A DNA stretch of 64,000 nucleotides from Laetmonice hystrix (lineage: Eukaryota): contig OZ249451.1 of NCBI GenBank assembly GCA_965235115.1, forward strand, positions 2,666,001 through 2,730,000. Direction: 5' to 3'. The notes beneath the pieces were generated by a model. The model was not told where the DNA came from. It saw only the letters and a program-made list of their open reading frames with translations, and did not search any database. How positions within the stretch are numbered: the first letter of the stretch is position 1; the number at the start of each line of letters is the position of its first letter. Position numbers and translations under genes: made by a program. Of the stretch, positions 63,572 to 64,000 are shown piece by piece.

Positions 63572-64000
63572 GAACTCCGGGGCTGAGGTCACTGCAAGTT
63601 CTATACCTGAACCTCCCCCGGTTACATAGAACTCTAGGGCTGAGGTCACTGCAAGTTCTATACCTGAACCTCCCCCGGTTACATAGAACTCTAAGGCTGA
63701 GGTCACTGCAATTTCTATACCTGAACCTCTCCCCCCCCCGGTTACACAGAACTCTAGGGCTGAGGTCACTGCAAGTTCTATACCTGAACCTCCCCCGGTT
63801 ACACAGAACTCTAAGGCTGAGGTCACTGCAATTTCTATACCTGAACCTCTCCCCCCCGGTTACACAGAACTCTAAGGCTGAGGTCACTGCAAGTTCTATA
63901 CCTGAACCTCCCCCGGTTACATAGAACTCTAGGGCTGAGATCACTGCAAGTTCTATACCTGAACCTCCCCCGGTTACATAGAACTCTAGGGCTGAGGTCA
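63572..64000. repeat. 57-bp (~63-bp variant) minisatellite running off the window end
   Basis: gaacctcccccggttacatagaactctagggctgaggtcactgcaagttctatacct. Confidence 0.96.

Noticed and set aside
668-64000. CRISPR-like arrays, rRNA or tRNA genes, autonomous transposase/RT ORFs
   Set aside because: All arrays are head-to-tail without unique spacers; no cloverleaf, rRNA motif or long non-repetitive ORF was seen.

Overview
Eukaryotic, most likely invertebrate metazoan, genomic DNA (inference from GT-AG splice signals, absence of long ORFs, and a 345-N scaffold gap at 6525-6869). About one third of the window (~22 kb by my coordinate sum) is ~40 unrelated minisatellite arrays with units of 7-98 bp, separated by 0.3-3 kb unique stretches. 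Nearly all long ORFs in the supplied track are artefacts of these arrays. The unique DNA holds scattered short candidate exons on both strands. I cannot chain them into complete genes and recognise no gene confidently. Best supported non-repeat features: a TA-flanked Tc1/mariner-type MITE (59925-60426), a phase-compatible plus-strand exon pair (61372-61439, 62213-62286), a signal-peptide-like exon (63227-63377), and minus-strand exons resembling a RhoGAP/DEPDC-type C-terminal helix (5973-6037, 1-104). I see no demonstrable new biological system. The best leads are architectural: same-family arrays bracketing ~1 kb unique segments, an 84-bp unit that looks like a trimer of the adjacent 28-bp unit, one 33-bp array with synonymous-biased variation and CRE/CCAAT motifs, and a palindromic NRF1-like cluster.
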